The notes below the pieces were generated by a model. That model saw nothing but the letters and a program-made list of their open reading frames with translations. It ran no database searches and was not told where the DNA came from. From a virus, in IMG/VR virus record IMGVR_UViG_3300032070_000632, positions 13,055 to 77,054 of that record: 64,000 bases of DNA. One strand, given 5' to 3'. A program made the position numbers and the translations under genes. Below, one piece after another: positions 19,523 through 27,792 of this stretch. Positions within the stretch are counted from its first letter, which is position 1; every line of letters starts with the position of its first letter.

Positions 19523-21088
19523 ATGAATGAAGACAAAAAAGAATTGCCCGATGGTTGGTTTCACGACGGCGATATAAAACAATATCGTTCTTTAGCAGAG
19601 CAAGTGCCTAATAACGGGTCAATTATTGAATTAGGCGTATGGAAAGGCAGAAGTTTATGCTCTATTGCCGACATAATAAATAGAAAAAATTTAAAAGTAT
19701 TCGCGGTAGATACTTTTAAAGGTACGCCGGGCGAAGATAAAGAACATAAAGAAGCCAAAAAAATAGATTTGCGGAAAGTTTTTGAAGAGAATATGAGAAA
19801 ATTTGGCATTGCCGTTCAGATTTACGCAATGACTACGGATGAAGCGGCGGAAAAGATAACAGATAAGTTTGATTTAATTTTTATAGATGCCGACCATTCT
19901 TTTGAAGCTATCACTAAAGATTTAGCTAACTGGGTTCCTAAATGCAAAGGCATTATAGCGGGGCACGATTATGAAAAAGACAGCATTAAAAAAGCAGTTG
20001 ATAAAATATTTCCTAATGTTAATTATTTGCATTGTTTCACCGACCCCGGACGAGGGACAATGTGGTGGAATGATTGTAGAAAAATAACTATGAGCACAAA
20101 AAAGTTAGATGTGATTATTCCCGCGTATAAAGCGCAAAATACCATAGAACGAACTTTGGCTTCTATTGTGATGCAATCCGTGGTGGATAAGATAACTGTT
20201 ACTATCGTGAATGACGCTGACGGGATTGGCTATGACAAGTTTGTCAAGCAGTTTGCCGACTATATGGATATTAAAGAAATAACAATGAAAGTTAATGGCG
20301 GTCCTGGTGTAGCTCGGCAATACGGGATAGACAATACTATCTCGCCATATTTTACCTGCATAGACGCTGACGATACTTTCGCTGGAGCATTTGCTTTAGA
20401 AATACTATTAAGGGGCATAGAAGCTAATCCTGGGTATCATACGGTAGTTGGCAGTTTTGCCGAACAACATAATTTTTTGACTTTTATCAATCATCAGAAT
20501 GATATGGTTTGGATGTTTGGCAAGTTATACACTAGAACTTTTTGCGAGAAATATAAAATTAGATTTAACGACACCAGAGCCAATGAAGATAACGGTTTTA
20601 ACACTATTATCAGATTAGTAAGTTCGCCCGAAGAAAAAGTTATGTTTTTGCCTGACATAGTTTATTTTTGGCATCATAAAGAAGATTCAATTACCAGAAT
20701 AAATAACGCCCAGTATTCATACGACCAAAGTTTTTGCGGATATACCGACAACATGATTTACGCCATTAAGCACGCCAAGAGAATAAAACCGTTTAATAAT
20801 TACATCGATATGTGGGCAATTCAGACTATGGCGCAATTATATAATTATTATTATCAGACTGTTAAAAGAGATCCCAGGTTCACGGAACAAAACTATTCTT
20901 ATTGCGTTAAATATTATCAGGAAGTTTTTAAGGATATGTATGAAAGAATGGACAAGTCAAATTTTGATGACATATTCGCTCAGACTTTATCGGAACAAGC
21001 CATTAACATGAAGGACAATGTGCCTGATAAAACTATTTATCAGTTTATTGAAGAATTAAAAAATTATGGCGGCAGTAACATCATTTAG
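19523..21088 (+). CDS. class I SAM methyltransferase - GT2 glycosyltransferase fusion
   Basis: IELGVWKGRS, IFIDADH, GHDY; then VIIPAYK, GPGVARQYG, IDADD, NED. Confidence 0.9.
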   Translation: MNEDKKELPDGWFHDGDIKQYRSLAEQVPNNGSIIELGVWKGRSLCSIADIINRKNLKVFAVDTFKGTPGEDKEHKEAKKIDLRKVFEENMRKFGIAVQIYAMTTDEAAEKITDKFDLIFIDADHSFEAITKDLANWVPKCKGIIAGHDYEKDSIKKAVDKIFPNVNYLHCFTDPGRGTMWWNDCRKITMSTKKLDVIIPAYKAQNTIERTLASIVMQSVVDKITVTIVNDADGIGYDKFVKQFADYMDIKEITMKVNGGPGVARQYGIDNTISPYFTCIDADDTFAGAFALEILLRGIEANPGYHTVVGSFAEQHNFLTFINHQNDMVWMFGKLYTRTFCEKYKIRFNDTRANEDNGFNTIIRLVSSPEEKVMFLPDIVYFWHHKEDSITRINNAQYSYDQSFCGYTDNMIYAIKHAKRIKPFNNYIDMWAIQTMAQLYNYYYQTVKRDPRFTEQNYSYCVKYYQEVFKDMYERMDKSNFDDIFAQTLSEQAINMKDNVPDKTIYQFIEELKNYGGSNII

Positions 21089-23765
21089 TTCAGTAAAACT
21101 AATAAAAGGCGGGGTAATAAGTGGAGATGAAAAAGCCACGGGAGCGATAACTACTTCCGATGCTTATTATTCGTTTGGTGGTTCTGTAGATTTGTGGAGA
21201 TTAAGTTTGTCTCCCGCGGATATAAATGCTTCTACTTTTGGAGTAGCGGTGTCATTAGTTGGAAGTGATTATGAAGCGGAAAATCTTACGACAAATTATG
21301 TTACGGCCACTAATTTTGGATTCACGATTCCTGTTGGGAGTACGGTAAATGGCGTTCTAGCGGAAGTTGAAGTAAAAGAAACTGCTGGCGTTACCAGTAT
21401 AGACCACATCCGTATTACGGTTTATTATATTACAACTACTTTGAAAACAATTCAGTCAAATATTAATATAAAATCTAAATTAACTAAGTCAATCCAATCA
21501 AAAACCAGCATTTCAATTATCGGAATAACAAAAAGTGTCCAGTCTAAAACAAGGATTGAAAAAATAAATCAAGCGACGGTTTCTAGTAAGACTCGAATAG
21601 AGCAAAATTTACAAAAAAGCATTTCTTCACTCGCTAATGTAAAAAATACTTTTACCAAAACAACATTTTCGTTAGTGAGAATAGAACAAAGTCGAGAGAA
21701 AACAGCATCTTCTAAATTAAATATTAAACAAACTAAAACCAAATCAGTAAATTCCAATGCTGATGTGGTTATTTTAGGTACGCATAAAACGATACAAAGC
21801 ATTGTTAGAATCCAAAAAAATAATGTTTCAAAAAACATTTCTTCATTGGCAAGGATAGAAAAGACATTTTTAAAAATTATCCAGTCGAAAGCAAATTTAA
21901 TTACTTTCATTACCAGAGATAAAACAATATCCTCATTAGTTCGGATTCAAAAAATATTTTTAACTTCATTACAATCTAAAGTTAATATTTTAGCGGCAAA
22001 AGAAAAGCAAATTTCCAGCAAGACCAGAATAAAGATACTTTCAATTACCAAATCAATTTCTTCATTAACTGATATTAAAAACCTGGCAATAACCAAAACT
22101 CTGTCATCGTTAGGTCGTGTTCAGGTTACAACCAACCAATCAATAGAATCTGTTTGCCGTGTTGAAAAAATTGGCATAAATAAATATATCTCAAGCAAGG
22201 CGGATATATTTAAAACTCAACAACGGCAAATAAACAGTTTAGCGAGAATAGAAAATACAAAAAATAAGCAAATTCAAAGCATTATTGACATTGCTAAAAT
22301 CGGCAATAAAACTATTTTATCAAAATTGGATATTGCCAAAACTTCATTAAAACAAATATCTTCAAAGGCAAGGTTGCAGATGCCGGCGGTGAACCAGTCA
22401 ATCAGTTCCAAAGTTGATATTGCCAAACTGCAAACCAAGACTGTTTCTTCTCTTTCTTCAATATTTAAGACTGGAAATAAATTATTGTCTTCTAAGACTA
22501 ATATTTTATTGCATCGGTTAAAAACGGTTTATTCGTTGATTGATATTTTTAAGACTTCAATTAAGAATATCAATGGCATCGCACGGATTCAAACCACGGA
22601 ATTAAAAGAAATAAATTCCAAAGCAAGAATTAATCGCATTGAATCAAGACAAATATTTTCTTTGGCGAATATCAAGGCGACGATAGAAAAAAATATCACT
22701 TCTAAGGCCAGAATAAAAATAATTTCAATCACTAAAATAATTTCTTCCCTGGTTAGAATAGAAAACACGAAGATAAAAAATTTGTCTTCATTATCCAGAA
22801 TACAGACAAATGAAATTAAAAATGTAAGTTCGCTGGCAAGAATGCAAAGAATTGAAAGCGAGACAATTCAATCAAAAGGACGGATAAAAATTGCCGGCGT
22901 GGTTAAAAGCGTCCAATCAAAAACAAACATTAAAGCGATTTTAGATAAAAATATTCAAAGTTTAGCCAGAATAGAAAAAACTGAAAATGTATATATTTCC
23001 TCTTTAGCGAGAATACAACAGGCAAGATTAAAAATTATTGAAAGTTTGGCTAATATTAAGAGTATAATTAGTAAATATATTCAGTCAAAGTTGAATATTT
23101 TAGCAATCAATAATGTACAGATTCAATCTAAGGTTAATATCAGAGCCATTCAAATAAAATCGCTCGATTCAAAAACGATGGTTAAGGTAAGTAAAGAGAA
23201 AAACGTCCAATCAGTGACAAACATTAAGGCGACTGTCAGTCGGCAAATAAACAGTTTAGTTAGAATATTAACGACCGAAAATAAACAGATTGAAAGCAAA
23301 TCCAGAATTAAGATACTCTCCATAACCAAATCAATCGAATCTAAAACGGCAATAAATTTATTACGCACAAAGGCAATTTCATCTCGGGCAAACATTAAAG
23401 AAACTTTTAAAAAGAACATATCTTCTCGGACTTCAATCAGATTAGTTTTCTCTAAATTTATTTCCTCAGTCATTGATATATTTAGAGTGCAGACTAAGCA
23501 AATTACTTCCCAAGGATGCGTAACCAGAGGCAGAACAAAAAATATATCGTCAAAAGCGAGAATAATGTCCATTGGCGTCACCGCCATCATTTCCAGCAAG
23601 GTCAGAATAAATGTCATTAACACCACAACCATCCAGTCCATCTGCAAGATAAAACCTTATTATCGCCGGTTGGTGCCGGATGACATTTTAGCCGAGGACA
23701 GTTATATCTCTAATGACATTTTAGCCGAGGACAGTTATAAACCGGATGAAATATTCGTAGATTGA
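21066..23765 (+). CDS. virion-associated protein: N-terminal beta domain plus long basic Ser/Thr-rich 15-16 aa repeat region
   Basis: ATNFGFTIP...IDHIRITVYY, then recurring KxIxSxxRI/NI. Confidence 0.75.
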   Translation: MAAVTSFSSVKLIKGGVISGDEKATGAITTSDAYYSFGGSVDLWRLSLSPADINASTFGVAVSLVGSDYEAENLTTNYVTATNFGFTIPVGSTVNGVLAEVEVKETAGVTSIDHIRITVYYITTTLKTIQSNINIKSKLTKSIQSKTSISIIGITKSVQSKTRIEKINQATVSSKTRIEQNLQKSISSLANVKNTFTKTTFSLVRIEQSREKTASSKLNIKQTKTKSVNSNADVVILGTHKTIQSIVRIQKNNVSKNISSLARIEKTFLKIIQSKANLITFITRDKTISSLVRIQKIFLTSLQSKVNILAAKEKQISSKTRIKILSITKSISSLTDIKNLAITKTLSSLGRVQVTTNQSIESVCRVEKIGINKYISSKADIFKTQQRQINSLARIENTKNKQIQSIIDIAKIGNKTILSKLDIAKTSLKQISSKARLQMPAVNQSISSKVDIAKLQTKTVSSLSSIFKTGNKLLSSKTNILLHRLKTVYSLIDIFKTSIKNINGIARIQTTELKEINSKARINRIESRQIFSLANIKATIEKNITSKARIKIISITKIISSLVRIENTKIKNLSSLSRIQTNEIKNVSSLARMQRIESETIQSKGRIKIAGVVKSVQSKTNIKAILDKNIQSLARIEKTENVYISSLARIQQARLKIIESLANIKSIISKYIQSKLNILAINNVQIQSKVNIRAIQIKSLDSKTMVKVSKEKNVQSVTNIKATVSRQINSLVRILTTENKQIESKSRIKILSITKSIESKTAINLLRTKAISSRANIKETFKKNISSRTSIRLVFSKFISSVIDIFRVQTKQITSQGCVTRGRTKNISSKARIMSIGVTAIISSKVRINVINTTTIQSICKIKPYYRRLVPDDILAEDSYISNDILAEDSYKPDEIFVD
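23680..23739 (+). repeat. 27-bp direct repeat, 33-bp period (DILAEDSY x2)
   Basis: ATGACATTTTAGCCGAGGACAGTTATA at 23680 and 23713. Confidence 0.9.
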
Positions 23766-23813
23766 CATTAGCCGTTTAAATATCTATAATATAATCAGAA
23801 CTGCTTGACAGTC
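23762..23813 (+). promoter_or_regulatory. consensus sigma70 promoter plus late-leader motif copy 3
   Basis: TTGACA-17-TATAAT (23762-23790); GAACTGCTTGACAGTC 23798-23813. Confidence 0.8.
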
Positions 23814-23842
23814 AAAGATTATATTTAACTGTCAAATTTTTT

Positions 23843-24157
23843 ATGACAGAGGAAAAGAAAAAAGAAAAAGAGGCATTTTCCTTAATTCTAATGAAAGACT
23901 GGGAAAAATGGCTTAATATTAAAGACCCAGACTTAGCGGAAGCATTAGACGATTTCTCCGGCAGTTTGAATATGGAGATGCGGAAGATGACGGCGATAAT
24001 TTGCAAAACATTGGAAGACGCCAGCATTAAAGATTCGCCGAAACAAGAGGTAAAAGATGCCATCAATAAATGCTGGTATGACATTAATTCGCATCAAAAA
24101 GTTGGTAATAGCAAATTATGCTTTATCATAAAAAAATATTTAAAAAATGATATATGA
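23843..24157 (+). CDS. hypothetical protein
   Basis: 104 aa ORF after promoter; ATGA overlap region with next gene. Confidence 0.6.
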   Translation: MTEEKKKEKEAFSLILMKDWEKWLNIKDPDLAEALDDFSGSLNMEMRKMTAIICKTLEDASIKDSPKQEVKDAINKCWYDINSHQKVGNSKLCFIIKKYLKNDI

Positions 24158-24933
24158 TAGACCAAGCACGACAAAATAGTAATGAACGCCTTGAGGTAAT
24201 GTTTAAAGCATTATCCGGCGGCGTTTATACCAACATCACTCCCGACATCTGCACTCTTTTATTAAGAAATTTAGACACTAATTTAATTATTGCTTCCGGC
24301 TTGGCGGTTAATTTAGGCCAGCCTTGCTATTATGACCTAACTCCACTCTTAACTGACGTTTTAGGTCAATACGAGGCTGTCTGGACGGCGGAGATAGGCA
24401 CGCAGGAAATAGAACATGTCCAGTATTATGAAGTGATAAAACGTAAAACCAGATACGCCAACGTGAAAGATGTCATCGAGAGAACGAAAGAAATAGAATT
24501 TCCCTCGGGATTGGACATCACTAGATATATCATCGGAGCCGAAGATGACATTGATTTATATTTAGGCGAAGTTTATTCCGTGCCGATAGATTTAAAAAGC
24601 ACTTCACTCACTAAAAAGGATATTCAAACGATTGAGGATTTGGCGGCGGATTTGTCCACCGGTCGGCTGATAAACGGCTTATCGATGGCGAGCGGTTCCC
24701 GCAACGAAGTAGCGAGTGATATTGAAAAAACCGCTTGGAAAAAATTAATGGACATCAAAGATGGAAAATTGGAATTAGAAAGCGTTACTAAACGTTCAAC
24801 CGCCACCCGTAAAGATTTGCCGAAAGTCAGCGAGGACCATCCTGATTATATTGATAATGAAATTGATGATAATAGTTTTTTCGGTAATACTGATAAAATC
24901 GGGTCGCAGAATATTTGGCGGACGCCATACTAA
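24154..24933 (+). CDS. head-tail adaptor (Mu gp36-like) with N-terminal extension
   Basis: YANVKDV, AEDDIDLYLGEVYSVP, LMDIKDGK. Confidence 0.7.
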   Translation: MIDQARQNSNERLEVMFKALSGGVYTNITPDICTLLLRNLDTNLIIASGLAVNLGQPCYYDLTPLLTDVLGQYEAVWTAEIGTQEIEHVQYYEVIKRKTRYANVKDVIERTKEIEFPSGLDITRYIIGAEDDIDLYLGEVYSVPIDLKSTSLTKKDIQTIEDLAADLSTGRLINGLSMASGSRNEVASDIEKTAWKKLMDIKDGKLELESVTKRSTATRKDLPKVSEDHPDYIDNEIDDNSFFGNTDKIGSQNIWRTPY

Positions 24934-24935
24934 TT

Positions 24936-25460
24936 ATGCCCATCCAAATTGACATAAAAGTTGATGATAGTCAGGTGAGAGGATTGCTGGAGAGAATGGA
25001 AAGCATCACCAGCAAAACGGCAAAGTTTTTATCATCTTCGGCCGCGCCTTACATGCGAGAGAGTTTTCAGAAAAATTTTGAAGCCGAAGGACGACCAAAG
25101 TGGCCGGCATTGGCTCCGGCAACGGCGGAATTTAGGCGTAAGGGCAGAGAACAGGGCTGGTGGGACGCCGGTGATACTTCTCCCATTCTCCACCGCACCG
25201 GAGATTTAATGAAAATGGTTGTTTCCACCGAAGAAAAAATAGAGGAAAATACCGGAGAAATAGTAATGGAAATGAATCCGGAAGATATGCTGGGAAAATT
25301 TATCGGTTCGCCACATGGCGGAGCAACATCATATTTAAAACATCAGTTGGGCGAAGGAAAATTAAAACAGAGACAGATGGTGCTTTTCCAAAACGAAGAC
25401 ATTGAATGGCTAAGCAAACGCTATCAAGATTTTATAACTGAAACAATTCAAAATGATTGA
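24936..25460 (+). CDS. virion morphogenesis / tail completion protein (Mu gpG-like)
   Basis: NFEAEGRPKWPALAPAT, ILHRTGDL, HQLG. Confidence 0.8.
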   Translation: MPIQIDIKVDDSQVRGLLERMESITSKTAKFLSSSAAPYMRESFQKNFEAEGRPKWPALAPATAEFRRKGREQGWWDAGDTSPILHRTGDLMKMVVSTEEKIEENTGEIVMEMNPEDMLGKFIGSPHGGATSYLKHQLGEGKLKQRQMVLFQNEDIEWLSKRYQDFITETIQND

Positions 25461-25929
25461 TAAAATTGTTGACAAATTAATAGAAGTTTTAAATACGGAA
25501 TTGGGTCCAAATTCTTCGGCGTCAATTAAATTAGGATTGGTGACTAATAAATCATTAACCGATTTATCACCGAATAAAACAGTGGCGGTGATTGAGGGAC
25601 AGATAGAACCTCAGATATTTGAGATAGGAATAAAACAACCGGCGACTTGGCTTTATCAGCCGATTGAATTGCAATTATTATGCAAGGGGACGGAAAATGA
25701 AGGCAAATCAGCCAGGCGGGAATTAATTTCTTTAATCAGGCAGACAATTTATAAAGATAGCGTCAACAGTCAGTTATTGGCTTTGGAAGATACTATCGGC
25801 GATGAAAAAGAAAAGGTTTTAAAATATAACATTATAAGAATCCGGACTGATTCCGGATTATTAAAAGGGCAGTTTATCTATATTGCCGTATTTCAATTAT
25901 CTTTTACGACGGAGATAAATGTTATTTAA
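25453..25929 (+). CDS. putative tail terminator
   Basis: Size and synteny before tail tube. Confidence 0.55.
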   Translation: MIDKIVDKLIEVLNTELGPNSSASIKLGLVTNKSLTDLSPNKTVAVIEGQIEPQIFEIGIKQPATWLYQPIELQLLCKGTENEGKSARRELISLIRQTIYKDSVNSQLLALEDTIGDEKEKVLKYNIIRIRTDSGLLKGQFIYIAVFQLSFTTEINVI

Positions 25930-26000
25930 TTGAAGTACGGCAATAGAGAAAAATTAAAAGGTCGTTCTCTAAGCAAATTTAATAAACGAAGATTACAAAT

Positions 26001-26987
26001 ATGTCCTATTCATCACAAACTGGCCATTTTGGGGCCAGAAAACAAGACAGTAAAGGAACTTACAAAACTCCGTTATTCTTCTTCAAGTTGACGGCTGGCG
26101 GTTTGGGTTCTAATTCGGAATTATTGGTTCCGGACCCGGAAATCGGTGGCGGTCGTGATATTGATGAAGCGGCCGTGGGAGCAATTTCTTACGGAGGCAC
26201 GTATGAATTTAATTTTCGTTCCGAAGATATTGGCGTTTTATTGTATGCCGCTTTAGGTGCGGTAACTGTATCCGGTTTGGGAGGCGGTGCTTATAAGCAT
26301 ACTTTCACTCCGGCCAATACTTTACCTTGGTTATCGATTGAGGAAAAAATATCCGATACTTACGATACTTTCCAATATACCGATGCCAGAGTTTCATCTT
26401 TGGAATTAAATTCAGACGCTAACGCTTTCTTGAACGGTTCGTGCGATATGATTGCCATTACGCAATCAGGCAATGCTACTGCATCATCGCCGACGTTTGA
26501 CGCTTCCCCGATTTTAACCGCTCATACCGGTTATATCAGTTTGGAAGGTGCCCAAATTTACGTCCGCAGTGCGAAATTCTCTTTCAATAATAATTTGGAA
26601 GATGACGATTTCCGCGTTGGACGCCGCACGCTGGGAGATATTCCCGAGCATCGCCGTGAGTTATCCGCTACTTTAACTATTCGCCCCGATAGCAACGCCC
26701 TATATCGCAAAGCCGTTTATGGCAATGCTTCGGCTCACGTTCCAACCAATGACGTCTATTCCGGTGAATTGATAATGCAGTGGGATTCCGGTTCAAACGT
26801 GATTGGTTCCACCGCCTATCCTTACAAACTCAAAGTCACTGTTCCTAATGCGTATTTCCGCCCGTTCACCATTGAACCGTCCGGAGACGACATTATTGAA
26901 CACGATTTGGAACTTTTACCAGTTGCTTTGTCAGGGAACATCGTCACAATTGAATTGTGGAATGGAGTGGCGAGTTTTGAGGCATAA
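26001..26987 (+). CDS. major tail tube protein
   Basis: YKHTFTP, LSIEE, FNNNL motifs; precedes chaperone and tape measure. Confidence 0.85.
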   Translation: MSYSSQTGHFGARKQDSKGTYKTPLFFFKLTAGGLGSNSELLVPDPEIGGGRDIDEAAVGAISYGGTYEFNFRSEDIGVLLYAALGAVTVSGLGGGAYKHTFTPANTLPWLSIEEKISDTYDTFQYTDARVSSLELNSDANAFLNGSCDMIAITQSGNATASSPTFDASPILTAHTGYISLEGAQIYVRSAKFSFNNNLEDDDFRVGRRTLGDIPEHRRELSATLTIRPDSNALYRKAVYGNASAHVPTNDVYSGELIMQWDSGSNVIGSTAYPYKLKVTVPNAYFRPFTIEPSGDDIIEHDLELLPVALSGNIVTIELWNGVASFEA

Positions 26988-27039
26988 TAAGTTGTAATCT
27001 TCTCAACTTCAAACCCTTAAATAATCTAAAGATAAATAT

Positions 27040-27510
27040 ATGGGAGAAGAAAGTGTGAAAGATTCGCAGACACCAGAAAATAAACCGGCGGAAAAAACTC
27101 CGAAGGTTTATTTTGGTGTTCATCAAACAAACGTATTTCGTTTTCCGGAAGATGAAAATCAATTCATCGAGTTCAAAAAACTGAACGAAGGAGAACGCCA
27201 ACTCTACGAAGACCGCACTGGCCGCCAATTGTCAATGGATAAAAATTCCGATAACGTCAAAATGGATTTATCCGCCGGCAAGGACCGTGCGGTTTTGTTT
27301 TCCTTGGTGATGACAAAATACAGTTTTTATATCATGGAAAATGACAAGCCGGTATTAAAACAAGGAGACAGCAAAAACAGAGCCGAGTGGGAACAATTGG
27401 TTAAAGAGATGGACGGAGAATTAGCCCAGTCATTTTTTGAAGAAGTAAAAAGATTAAACGTCTGGATTAAAGCCAATGAAACCGAGGTAAAGGTTGAGCA
27501 AAAAAAATAG
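27040..27510 (+). CDS. tail assembly chaperone (gpG-like)
   Basis: Between tube and TMP; ends CAA AAA AAA TAG. Confidence 0.8.
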   Translation: MGEESVKDSQTPENKPAEKTPKVYFGVHQTNVFRFPEDENQFIEFKKLNEGERQLYEDRTGRQLSMDKNSDNVKMDLSAGKDRAVLFSLVMTKYSFYIMENDKPVLKQGDSKNRAEWEQLVKEMDGELAQSFFEEVKRLNVWIKANETEVKVEQKK

Positions 27511-27764
27511 TTGAACTCAGGAGACAGGCTAACTATTGGGCGAAGGGAATAAAAATTTCCAATCCCGACCCAGTGTTATCGCTTTATTCTTTGTGTAAAG
27601 AGTTTAATATTCTTCCCAATGCGGGAGGATTATATGAACAGTCTCCTGAGGTGGTATTCTATTTTTCCGTTATCGCCGGAGAAGTCAATAAGGTTGAATC
27701 GGAAAAAGCCAAAGAAATGGAACGAAAAAATAAGTTTTCAGGCAGAGGGATACGCCACAGGTAA
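27507..27764 (+). CDS. -1 frameshift extension of tail chaperone (gpGT-like, about 241 aa total)
   Basis: A AAA AAA at 27501-27507; -1 frame open from there to 27764 with LPNAGGLYEQ. Confidence 0.8.
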   Translation: MVELRRQANYWAKGIKISNPDPVLSLYSLCKEFNILPNAGGLYEQSPEVVFYFSVIAGEVNKVESEKAKEMERKNKFSGRGIRHR

Positions 27765-27792
27765 AGCCTAAAAAATTTAGGTTGATTTAATT

